DNA of 64,000 bases, from IMG/VR virus record IMGVR_UViG_3300028610_001072, positions 37,524-101,523 of that record; one strand, written 5' to 3'. Origin of the DNA: a virus. Numbering within the stretch: position 1 is the first letter of the stretch; each line of letters begins with the position of its first letter. Position numbers and translations under genes: made by a program. Below are positions 1 to 9,700 of this stretch, piece by piece. Below the pieces are notes generated by a model. It did no database searches and had not been told where the DNA came from. It was given only the letters and a program-made list of their open reading frames with translations.

Positions 1-360
1 CGATGACAAATTTGTCTCCGCCCCGGTGACTTTTTTATCACTCTTACGGTGAAACTTCTTCGATTTGTGGATAACTATGGTCAGCCCATGATGGGTATTG
101 CGGGTGTGGATATAATCTCCATCGCGCAGAATATCCAAGTATCGCAGATACTGGCGTCTGGTGATGGGCAGCTCTTTTTCAAAGGTCTTGTACGTGACTG
201 GCGTTCCACCAAGCACGTAGCCGTTGCCATTCTCTTCCTTGGTTACTTTGTCAATCAGCATACCAAACAACCAGATGGCGTTGCCCATCTTTTTCCAGTG
301 CTTCGCCTTGAATAATCCACTCCAGATTAACAAGGGAAACGAGTCATCCGTTGAGGTCAT
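1..360 (-). CDS. Phage replication initiator (winged-helix, O/DnaD-like), 5' part; runs off the window edge
   Basis: Not in the ORF track. Manual translation from ATG at 360: MTSTDDSFPLLIWSGLFKAKHWKKMGNAIWLFGMLIDKVTKEENGNGYVLGGTPVTYKTFEKELPITRRQYLRYLDILRDGDYIHTR...KSKKF...SDKKVTGAETNLSS. The wHTH-like N-terminus is followed by DNA palindromes in the linker, as in lambda O-type initiators. Confidence 0.65.
   Translation of the reverse strand, partial: MTSTDDSFPLLIWSGLFKAKHWKKMGNAIWLFGMLIDKVTKEENGNGYVLGGTPVTYKTFEKELPITRRQYLRYLDILRDGDYIHTRNTHHGLTIVIHKSKKFHRKSDKKVTGAETNLSS
4..40. repeat. Two iteron-like imperfect palindromes (TGACA-AATT-TGTCT at 4-17; TGACT-TTTT-TATCA at 27-40) inside the initiator gene; candidate origin
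   Basis: Seen in sequence. Position in the initiator linker is typical of phage ori iterons. Confidence 0.5.
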
Positions 361-417
361 AGGGACCCCCCAAGGGGACGAGCCAGCCGGACCCACCCCC
401 ATTGTTTAAGCAGCTTA

Positions 418-3400
418 TCATAGAATCTCTACGGCTGCTCCACCATCGACGGATATTACATGGATTGTGGTGTCAGCCACTTCCTGCAATACCGGGACAT
501 GGGTGATGTAGAAGAACTGGCCGAACTCAGCTCCCAGCTTCTCAATCATGCGGCGGGCCAGCAATAGATTGGGTGGATCAAATGCCCCCCAGCCCTCGTC
601 GAATATGCAGTGATTGATTGTTACGCCGGTGGCTTCGGCCTGAATCTTTGCCATAGCCGCCCTGAGTGAATAGCCGATGGCTACCCGTTGGAAGCCGGAC
701 GCTTCGCTCAGTGGATGATTACCACGATCATCATTGAACGTGATCACGACTTCATCCTTTTCCTTCCCGTCTTGAGTATCCTTAATTGGATCGATCTTGA
801 CCCGCAATGCTGAATCGAATCCTTCATCCACACATAGGAACTCATTAGCGAATTCCGCGAAACGTGGCAGGGATTTCTCCATCAGCAAATAAGGTATCCC
901 ATCCCGGCTGACTGCGGCCAAGTAATGTACGAAAGCGTTGATCCGGGACAGCCCTGATCTGTTGGTCTCTTCCAGCCCCCCAAGGTCAGCTCGAATTCCA
1001 TCCAGTCGCTCGAGGCTCTGCTTCAGTGCTCCAATTTGACCAACCACACTATCGCGCTGAGTTTCAATACTCGTAATGTTGGTGCTCAGGCTATCCACGG
1101 AGAGCGATAGGGTAGCTGTATCCACGGCTTCACCCATCGCTGCCAACTTGGAAATTACCTGAGCGAGATCGGTGTTCAGCTTATTCAGGTTGGATTGGGC
1201 ATTCTTCAATTCGGTATCGGCCACAAGGACCTTTGCCTGAACATCATCCCAATTCTGCTCTTTCTCTTTATTGAGATCGAAGCGCAACGTCAAAATCTCG
1301 GTTTTGGCAGTGTCGTACTGGGTTTGGTTGATCTCATGGGTAGTCTGCCGGGCATTGATCTGCTCAGTCAGTTCAGTGATCTCGGTATCAACCTTAGCCT
1401 TGGCATTAGCCTGTTGCTTGATGACCCGATCATTTTCGGAATGATCAGGGGGGTTGGCTACCAAATCATCATGGGTCTGCTTTAATGTGACCATTTCAGC
1501 TTTGGCCTCGTTGGCATTCTTCAGCAGCTTGCATTCGCTCTGGATGTCCATGCCAATACAGGGGACCTCAGCGGTTAGTGCAGCGGTCTCTTCAGCCCCT
1601 ATAACAGCAAGGTTCGCCGCACTGACTTGATTCCGATGCTGCTCATCGGCGTTATTTTTCTGATTTTGAATGGCATCGATACCCCCTTGGTGATTCGTGG
1701 ATGCGGTCTGAAGGCCATTGCGTTGGGTGAGCAGGGTAGTCTGTTCGGTGCTGAACTCCTGCATCAAGTTGGCTAGCTCAGTTTGAAGTTCCTGTTGAGT
1801 ATCGTGCTTGGATTGGAGATCGGCTTGCCGCTGGATACCAGCAGTGACCTGATCCTTTTTTGATAGGATGCTGGTCAGGCTGACAATCGATGTTGAGGTT
1901 GTCCCGACTGATCCTTCGAGTTCTGCTTTCTGGGTCTCCAGTGCAGTGCGATCATCCGTGATCTTTCGAGCGTCATCTATCTTGCGCTGAGCTTTAGTCC
2001 GTTGGGTACGCAGGGTTTCGATTTGCTCAACCTTTTGATCCTTGGACTCACCGAGCTGGGTCATTGATTTCCTGATGTCGGCTTCCTGCTCCAACTCAGT
2101 TTGCAGGTTCTCCATTTTCATGGTGACATTTTCATAATCACCACGGAGAGCCTTCAACTGATTCTCAGCGGCTTTGCGCCGAAGATCAAAGGCAGTGAAG
2201 TTCATAGCTTCTTGAAGAGTTTCCTTCATCTCAGATGGTGATAGGCCACACAGGCGATCAATATCCTGCTGTGATCCAAATCGGGTTGACCGATACATAT
2301 TGTAGCTGCCTACCAGTTTCTCAAGAGATATTTGGGTTTCTTTGGAATCGCCCTCATTCATTGGTTCCCAGCTCTCACCAACTTTCTTACTGAGGGTGAT
2401 CACGCTGCTGGCTTTCTCCCCCGTCTTATCCAGCTTTAAGGTTCGACTGGCCCGGTACTGCACAGCCGTCTCGTTCTGCTCACTGGCTGTAAACCAACTC
2501 GTTACCACTGTATCTGTGCAGCCAAGCCGGACAGCCGTATTGAGCTGGCTCCCCTTGCGGAGTTTCTTCCAGTTGACAAAACGTTCCAGTTCAGCCACCT
2601 GCGATTTACCGACGTGGTTGAGGCCGGTGATGCAGATAATGCTGCCCAGCTCATCAAAGTTGATGTCCACATCGATCAGCGGCTTGAAATTCACCCCCTT
2701 GATTCGCTGGAGCTTATAGTTGACCCCCTGAAGTTGATGGAGCACATCTGGGGGAATGTTGGCGGCCACTGCCTGATTGATCTCTTTCATCAGTGGGAGA
2801 CTGGCCGCTCGATCCTCGTCCAGCTCTGACCATATTGTGAGCATGTCATCCATGCCGCCTTCGGCGTTCAGTTTTTCTGCCCGGATGCGGATTGGGTCCA
2901 CGGTATCAACCATTACCTTATGACTGTGGACTTCGCGCTTATCCAGCATTCCCTCAATCATCGGGATGTCTATCAAGCTGCGCCGCTCGCTGGCGATTTC
3001 GATCCGTACCCGGACCTTGGCATCCTTGATTGCAATTGGCTCGATGGCCTTGAATACCACATCCACCGGGTCAACATTGAGATCGCTGAAACTTTCCTTG
3101 GGAACTTCCACCGTCAACATCTGGTGGGCCACCGGGATTTCAACAGGCACATGCTGCCCGGCTACGAGGTCCCAGAGCTCGAAACTGGGGATCATCTTTT
3201 CCTGTCCGAAAGTCATGGGTGCCGGTGCGCCGCTGTAGACTATTGATCCTACGCTCTGGCGCTTATGCAGATGGCCGTACATCACAGCATCAAAGTGATC
3301 ACCTATCCAGTGCCGGTCGATGACCAGATCATTCTCAGCCGTGAGGACTTTCTCGCTATCGGCCACACCGCCGTTGACCGTGCCATGCCCTACCAAGATC

Positions 3401-3939
3401 GGTATCTTGCCATTTGCCTTGAGTTCACCGGCCTCGACAGAGATTGCCAGTAAGATAGCTTCCATCTTTTTGGTCAGCTCTGCATCAACGTTGCGGGGTT
3501 CCACTTCATCGGTCTTCGCCAGATAAAGGTATTTGGACGGATGAGGCAAGGTGAAAAATCGTACATCTGGTAATTCAGGGCTAACAAGTAGCCCCGGCTT
3601 TGAACTTATCAATAGCCGATCATGCAGTGTTGGTACATCCGTTTTTAATCGCGCCAGTAGCCCCGTCACGGCATCAACCCGGTCATAGCGGTTAGATAGG
3701 TCGTGATTGCCCGGTATTACGATTGTAGGGGCAATCTCAGCACATCTGAGTACGCTCTCACGGATAATCAGAGCTTCCTGTGGGGATATGATTCCCCGCT
3801 TCATTATCAGATCGCCAGCTATTACAATGGCTTCTGGTTTGATGTCCTCAGCCTGTGCGACTATGAAGTCGATGGCGGGACCAATTACGTCGGCCAAGGC
3901 ATCGGTAAAATGCCAGTCAGCCGTATGTAGTATTCTCAT
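418..3939 (-). CDS. Fused SbcD(Mre11)-SbcC(Rad50) nuclease/ATPase
   Basis: N-terminal metallophosphoesterase motifs (HTADWH, AGDL, PGNHD, GHLH), then Walker A GLNHVGKS, a long coiled coil with central C-x8-C, signature ASGFQ, Walker B IFDEGWGAFD and H-loop ITH. Confidence 0.9.
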   Translation of the reverse strand: MRILHTADWHFTDALADVIGPAIDFIVAQAEDIKPEAIVIAGDLIMKRGIISPQEALIIRESVLRCAEIAPTIVIPGNHDLSNRYDRVDAVTGLLARLKTDVPTLHDRLLISSKPGLLVSPELPDVRFFTLPHPSKYLYLAKTDEVEPRNVDAELTKKMEAILLAISVEAGELKANGKIPILVGHGTVNGGVADSEKVLTAENDLVIDRHWIGDHFDAVMYGHLHKRQSVGSIVYSGAPAPMTFGQEKMIPSFELWDLVAGQHVPVEIPVAHQMLTVEVPKESFSDLNVDPVDVVFKAIEPIAIKDAKVRVRIEIASERRSLIDIPMIEGMLDKREVHSHKVMVDTVDPIRIRAEKLNAEGGMDDMLTIWSELDEDRAASLPLMKEINQAVAANIPPDVLHQLQGVNYKLQRIKGVNFKPLIDVDINFDELGSIICITGLNHVGKSQVAELERFVNWKKLRKGSQLNTAVRLGCTDTVVTSWFTASEQNETAVQYRASRTLKLDKTGEKASSVITLSKKVGESWEPMNEGDSKETQISLEKLVGSYNMYRSTRFGSQQDIDRLCGLSPSEMKETLQEAMNFTAFDLRRKAAENQLKALRGDYENVTMKMENLQTELEQEADIRKSMTQLGESKDQKVEQIETLRTQRTKAQRKIDDARKITDDRTALETQKAELEGSVGTTSTSIVSLTSILSKKDQVTAGIQRQADLQSKHDTQQELQTELANLMQEFSTEQTTLLTQRNGLQTASTNHQGGIDAIQNQKNNADEQHRNQVSAANLAVIGAEETAALTAEVPCIGMDIQSECKLLKNANEAKAEMVTLKQTHDDLVANPPDHSENDRVIKQQANAKAKVDTEITELTEQINARQTTHEINQTQYDTAKTEILTLRFDLNKEKEQNWDDVQAKVLVADTELKNAQSNLNKLNTDLAQVISKLAAMGEAVDTATLSLSVDSLSTNITSIETQRDSVVGQIGALKQSLERLDGIRADLGGLEETNRSGLSRINAFVHYLAAVSRDGIPYLLMEKSLPRFAEFANEFLCVDEGFDSALRVKIDPIKDTQDGKEKDEVVITFNDDRGNHPLSEASGFQRVAIGYSLRAAMAKIQAEATGVTINHCIFDEGWGAFDPPNLLLARRMIEKLGAEFGQFFYITHVPVLQEVADTTIHVISVDGGAAVEIL

Positions 3940-3951
3940 GGTTCGCAGTCC

Positions 3952-5082
3952 TTAGTGTGGTAGCCCGTCGGGCTTTGGTTGGTCGTATGCCCACATCAGA
4001 TTTTTCACCTGATCCTCACCGCTTCGCTTCTCCCAGTTAGCGACTTCGATAATGAGCACTTCATCGGTCCCTTTGGCCTTGAGCTGACGCGATTCAATCA
4101 GATGCTCCATTTGCCTGAAACGGGCCGTTATGTCCATTTCCTTACATTGCAGCTCGAACTCTTTCCGCAGGTCATCAGCATTAGGTTGGGTTATATCATC
4201 ATTATTAGACTCTGGGGAGTCATCGAAATCGGCATTAATAACACCCGGCATCCCACTGGGGGGATTGTCGCCAGCGGGATAGGTCATCCCGGTTGCATGT
4301 GACCCTGCGGCAATTACCTCAGCGCGGGTTTTAGGGTCGGCGGCCAGCTCTTCTACATTCCTGTCGATCCGGGCAACCACGAAGGGCTTTTCCAGCTCTG
4401 CTTTAGTGTACCACGGCTTCAGGTTTGTGATCTGGCGGACCAGTCGATTTTTCGCGCCGGTCTCAGCTAACTGGAGACCATGCTTCCGCATCTCGATCTC
4501 TCGAGCACGGCATTTTCGCTCGATGTGTACTTTAGCTTCGGCGTCGGTGAACGGTGTTAGCTTCCGCTTGGTTTTGGGGCCGCTCCATGTACCCAGATTT
4601 TTAGCCTCATGCTGCTGGGTCAGGTTCTCAAACATCTCTTCGACGTAGGCGCGGACATCAATACTCTTGGTGCCTGATACTTCCATCTTGCTGCCATCAG
4701 GTTTTGTCACCCGCCCAACAATAAGATACTCGAAGTAGTCCCGGTCAGACCGGTCATCCTTGCGCCCGCTCTTTTCAGGAACGGAGTCAATGCCCATTGC
4801 GAACCAGAGTTTATCCAATGCGGTTTTGGTGGGCGAGAGCTTATCAACCCATGTCTTTTTGCCCCCTATTGTTACTTCGGTTCTCCCAAGGGTAAAAACT
4901 TCTTGAGCGTCGGGGTCCGAGTTGATCACTACGGTTTCGACTGTCAGCTTACTAAATCGCTGGACGCTCTCCACCATTGTTTTGGAAGGTAGTAATGGGT
5001 TGTATTTGTCGATGGGATATTTGGTATCGAAATCGCTCACTGATACAAGTGCAGTCGAGATCGATGGTGTTTCTGTTGTCAT
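3952..5082 (-). CDS. Putative recombination / single-strand annealing protein
   Basis: LAETGAKNRLVRQITNLKPWYTKAELEKPFVV motif, acidic tail, and position directly upstream of the SbcCD gene. Family assignment is inferred. Confidence 0.45.
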   Translation of the reverse strand: MTTETPSISTALVSVSDFDTKYPIDKYNPLLPSKTMVESVQRFSKLTVETVVINSDPDAQEVFTLGRTEVTIGGKKTWVDKLSPTKTALDKLWFAMGIDSVPEKSGRKDDRSDRDYFEYLIVGRVTKPDGSKMEVSGTKSIDVRAYVEEMFENLTQQHEAKNLGTWSGPKTKRKLTPFTDAEAKVHIERKCRAREIEMRKHGLQLAETGAKNRLVRQITNLKPWYTKAELEKPFVVARIDRNVEELAADPKTRAEVIAAGSHATGMTYPAGDNPPSGMPGVINADFDDSPESNNDDITQPNADDLRKEFELQCKEMDITARFRQMEHLIESRQLKAKGTDEVLIIEVANWEKRSGEDQVKNLMWAYDQPKPDGLPH

Positions 5083-5124
5083 TTGATTCTCCAGACGGTT
5101 GTTATTAAATCTGTTCTAACACCC

Positions 5125-5170
5125 TATACATCCAACATTCCCAGAGCCTACAAACGAGACTGTGTGAACG
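5125..5170 (-). promoter_or_regulatory. Conserved promoter-like repeat, copy 1 (upstream of the recombination/replication operon)
   Basis: Minus strand CGTTCACACAGTCTCGT-TTGTAG-N19(ending ATGTTGGATG)-TATAGG. Matches five copies at 42-51 kb. Confidence 0.75.
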
Positions 5171-5190
5171 AGAATTCCCATTATAGGGAG

Positions 5191-5379
5191 CTATTGCGGT
5201 GATTTCCCCCTTAAGCTTTTCATTCGCTTGTGCTTCTGAATATGCCCCTTAACCCCCCGGCGGATTTCCGCTGAAAGAGTTCGCTCTCCCTCGGTAGCCA
5301 TCTGCCGGAGATAGGTAATATCATCATCATCAAATCTTACAGGAATGGGGGACGTTTTGGACTTTTCCACATTTGGCAT
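5191..5379 (-). CDS. Arc/ribbon-helix-helix DNA-binding protein
   Basis: Start moved to ATG 5379 (GGAG RBS). PIPVRFDDDDITYLRQMATEGERTLSAEIRRGV fits the RHH pattern. Confidence 0.7.
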   Translation of the reverse strand: MPNVEKSKTSPIPVRFDDDDITYLRQMATEGERTLSAEIRRGVKGHIQKHKRMKSLRGKSPQ

Positions 5380-5468
5380 AATATCTCCATTGGTGTATAA
5401 CAGCGTATAAAATCTATATACCACTCCGGTATTTATGCAAGCATTATTTTTATTTAATTTGATCCTCG

Positions 5469-5795
5469 ATGGAGCTGCCTGCCATATTCTCAACCCTTGA
5501 ATTATCACCAGCAATCACTACGCTCCCCCCGGATTTTAATCCCCTCGATACCGTGAAACATCTGGCTGCACTGATGGATACAGCTAAGGCTAACTATCGG
5601 CGGCTATCAATGGAATACCACCCGGATAGGGGGGGGGATATTGAGGCTATGAAGCGGTTGAATGAAGCTTATGAACAGGTACAGAAACTGCGGATCGCCC
5701 CCCGGCAGATGCCGGTTGTATCAATCGTTATCGACGCCAGTGGCATGAGTGTTCACACCGCCACATCGACCGCTACCAGCGGTTGGTCTTTCTAA
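5469..5795 (+). CDS. J-domain (DnaJ-like) protein
   Basis: AKANYRRLSMEYHPDRGGDIEAMKRLNEAYEQV with the HPD motif. The only convincing plus-strand gene. Confidence 0.8.
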   Translation: MELPAIFSTLELSPAITTLPPDFNPLDTVKHLAALMDTAKANYRRLSMEYHPDRGGDIEAMKRLNEAYEQVQKLRIAPRQMPVVSIVIDASGMSVHTATSTATSGWSF

Positions 5796-5898
5796 AGCAA
5801 GACCCCCGACAACAGAGCATAGGGATCTCCGTCACCGGGGGCTTATGGGACTCAACCAGCATACAGTTCCAAGGGCATTGCCAGCGTCCCACTTTTAA

Positions 5899-6462
5899 TT
5901 AATAGTCTTCTTCAGGCTCCGTAAACAGCCAGTCCAGTTCGTTCAGCACAAACGGTTCGAGCCGTGGTTTGTCCTCTACAAGATCGCTGGCGCTGGGGTT
6001 GTTCTTATCTCCCTTCACAACCGTTGCCGGAAGAGCACTGAGTATATCTTCAAGGCTGAATTGCAGGATGCCGGTGAGTGTGACTTCCTGCTTTAGACCC
6101 TCTTCGCTGTATTCGGTTAGCTTCAGCATCTTCTCGTCGTAATTGTCGTCACCCTTCCTAATCTCATACCCATTCGGGCCGGGTGTGCCACCCAAATCCT
6201 TGATGAATTTGCTGACGGCTTCATTATACTTCTCAACCTCAGCCTTAACCTTTCCCAGTGCCTTGGATATGCGGTAGGTCATCTTTATAGTCAGCGGCTT
6301 TTCAGCTAAATAATTCAGTGCTCCGAAACTTGTGATGAGTTGTTTTATTGTCAATACCACCTCTTCACCGCCGCTTTTTTTGGCATCCGTTTTCTCGGCT
6401 TCAATTTTTTCCTTCCGAGTAGTGGTTTTTCCGTTGGTCTCTTCTTCGCTTTTGGTCCCCAT
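5899..6462 (-). CDS. Hypothetical protein, last gene of the tail operon
   Basis: 187-aa ORF with RBS, in operon orientation. Confidence 0.6.
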   Translation of the reverse strand: MGTKSEEETNGKTTTRKEKIEAEKTDAKKSGGEEVVLTIKQLITSFGALNYLAEKPLTIKMTYRISKALGKVKAEVEKYNEAVSKFIKDLGGTPGPNGYEIRKGDDNYDEKMLKLTEYSEEGLKQEVTLTGILQFSLEDILSALPATVVKGDKNNPSASDLVEDKPRLEPFVLNELDWLFTEPEEDY

Positions 6463-6499
6463 TGGTTAGTCCCTTTTTATTCGTGTATTACTGGACGGC

Positions 6500-6772
6500 C
6501 TATCCGTTCTTTAATAATTCCGCTGCTTCTGCTATGGCTTCGCGCTCAGCCCTGTTCATGTATTCTGGTTGTGCAAATACAGCCTCCAAAAGTTCATCCT
6601 CATTTGTCACCAGTGGGTTGGCCAACATTCGAGGCATTTCAGATTTAACTAATCTTTTTTTGCACTTGTTTGCCTTACCGTCTAGGGCTAGTTGAATCCA
6701 ACTCTCCACACTAATAACCTCATGTGCCATCACTTTATAATTTAAGTCTGAAATTTTTACTATAATTTGCAT
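6500..6772 (-). CDS. Small protein following the tail fibre (possible fibre assembly partner)
   Basis: 90-aa ORF directly after the C1q-tipped fibre, with the same AT-rich composition as the fibre tip. Confidence 0.55.
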   Translation of the reverse strand: MQIIVKISDLNYKVMAHEVISVESWIQLALDGKANKCKKRLVKSEMPRMLANPLVTNEDELLEAVFAQPEYMNRAEREAIAEAAELLKNG

Positions 6773-6781
6773 TGTATTTCC

Positions 6782-9700
6782 TTACGTTGCCAAAAACCCT
6801 GAGAAAACTGTGGTTTGATTGCTTGTCACTCCAACAATATCTGATTGCGGTAATCCACCACTTTGATAAAACTCAACAAATGCTGTATCACCATCATCCA
6901 TTTCAGTGGTAACGCTAATATTGGCAGTGAATTGAGCAAGGTCTGCTGTAAAATTTGGATCAATTATCCACTGGTATCTACGTTTTGTTGTAGTAATATA
7001 GATTCTATAATTTGAAGCACCAGTATCAAGAGAATCAATACGAACAGCAGTATTAAGTTGATACTTCCCGTCAACTGGCGCAGTAAATATGTCCGTACCA
7101 TTATTATAATCACCACCTTGGTCAAATACTTCAGTATTAAATTCTACTGGATGGTATGTATTTACCGATTTATTAGAGTCTGTGACACTATTGTAGGCCA
7201 AAAACGCTGGATTTAGTGGTAGCGTCCTCTCACCATCCGTAGTTATTTGCTCAAGTAATGTTCCACCACTTGTCCTGAGTTGGAACGGGTCGTCGATCTT
7301 TAATTCAACAGCAATATATCCACCTTGGGCAACATACGGATGGTGCAAGCCCCAAGCATTACCCGGCCCCATGAACCCTTCATTTGCGCCCTCGTCTGGT
7401 ACTGTATAGCTGTTGAATGTAGCATTGTATCCATTCATAGAAACGTGGGCATTATTGGGGATGTACGGATGCGTGTGACTGTTTTTGGATGTAGAGGTAT
7501 TGGCAACAAGATCAATCTCTGTTGGCGTAGAAGCAAGCGAGTCACCAGCAATCCTCAGACTGCCAACAGAAGCCTGCCCGTTAATCGCTGCTGCGCCAGC
7601 ACAAAGGATGCTGGCAAAGTCGCCAACACCAGCCGAAGTGATCCCATAGGTCGAGGCATTTCCAACGTACAATCCACCCTTGAGCCATAAATCACCAAGA
7701 GTACCCGTAAGCTGTGCCAGAGCAGTCGTGGCGTTCATAAAAACAAAGCCACGCGCTGTACCAGATTTCATGCGGAAATACATATTATAGTCAGCAGTGT
7801 TCGTGATGTACCCGCCCCAAGTGCCGTTACCGTCGGCACTCATATGAATGGAATAATCGTCGCTATTCCAAAATCTATACCCAGCTCCGTCGGCTCCTCT
7901 GGTACGCACTTCGTTAAGGTCGTATATATCGTAACCATCCATGTCGATAGAGCCAGCCATCGTACCGCCAGATAGGGGCAGGTATCCATGATCATGATTT
8001 CCACGCGCTACTTGAGTTGACCCAGCACCTATTCCAAGACTAATAAATCCTGAACTATTCCTGCCAACCACGGCATTGATGCCAATAGCTAATGCTGAAT
8101 AAGGCCCAGTGCTACCTGCATTTCGTAATCCTATAGTATATGCGCCGCCTGTATGGGAAGTAACCTGATGACTGCTCGGGACTCTTGCATCAGATAATCT
8201 GGCGTCATCTCCCTCACAAACCTTACCTGTAGTTGAACCGAAATCCGCAGATATAGTACCGACGCCTATGATGGGACTTGGCGATGCGATAATTCCTGTC
8301 CCTGCTCCTACTGAGGTTACTGTTCCGCCACCAGCAGTTAATGAGACCCACGCTGAATCTAATAAAGCTTCTATTTTATCAGGTGTGCCAGCAGTATATC
8401 TCATCGCGCCATTAACATTCGCTCCTGCTGTGCCCCCTAATATAAGGTGCCGAGTAACATATAAGTCCTCTTGGAAAAGTGAATCGCCTCGGAATGTTTT
8501 GATCGCCCAATTATCCCCTGAAGCACCAGCCGCTATTGGAGCATCAGCATATACCGCAACATTCTCTCCTGACCCAGAGTTTAGCGAATGAAACCACCCA
8601 CCATATCCATGCGAGGTTGAACTATTATTTTGAATGGTAGATGAGCCATAGAATGCGTATCTCCACTTCGCATAATTGTCCAGATCGGCACTACTGTAAG
8701 AAGCACTCACTACCGTTGTTGACCCAGTTGTATTTGTAAAGGCATTACTAAAGACCGCTGTATTACCTCGGGTGGCATTGTAAGCATATATATACCCCCC
8801 ATAAATATTCGTGTAATGGTTGGCATCAAGAGGATTACGAATTTTCATACCAGAGTTTCCACTGCCCTCAATGTTTTCATCAATTATAACCACTTCCCCA
8901 TCGTCATCGTAAAAGATAAGATTATTACCTGCGCCCCCCATTTCAATCCTCTGAAGAGAGGCGGCGGTCTTAAATATCCCCCCCTGAATAACATTACTCG
9001 CTGTTGCTATGAAGGTCCCGTCCAGTGTGAAGTCACCCTTCATGTAGAACTCGTCGTCTGCCCCTTCACTTGTGTTCGGATGATTATTCCAGTTGATAAA
9101 GCTGGTACTATTCCCGAGAAACATGCGCGGATCGCTGGGGTAAAATACTTCAAATCCTGAACCGAGTGTGGTTATGAGAGCTGCGTTGGTGTTGTTTAGT
9201 GACATTCCTATCGGTGGAGAACCTGAAACGCTTGCCATATAACCAGTATTTATTGTCCAGCCAGTCGGACCGCCTATATATCCTGTGTCAGCCGTGAGAT
9301 CGCCGCGAATTATCAATCCATCCGTGGGATTGTATTTCAGATACTTGGTTGATTCCCCGATGGCGATCCCATACCTAACATTGGTTTCCCCTAAAAATCC
9401 CTTGGTATTACCAATTCGGACCCGAGTGGTCAGGACTGACTGTGGCGCACCGGCATGAGTGAAAATATCTATGTAGGGAGCATTGGTCCGATCCGCCGTC
9501 AGGATGATTCCACCTTGTCCCGATATTCCATAATCTGCAATGGCCGTGCCAATGGTGAATGTGTGCGCTGCCCCAGCTACCCACGTTGCGGTATAGTTGT
9601 AATGGGTGCCGCCTGTTAATGTCCCAGCCCCCGGTGTGAACCAGACTTCATTTGTCCCGTCATCCATAACGCAGAATGATGCCGATCCCAATGGGTTGCT

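Noticed and set aside
49-409. Plus-strand ORFs 49-315 and 224-409
   Set aside because: They are antisense to a more convincing minus-strand replication-initiator frame that the ORF track missed because it runs off the edge.
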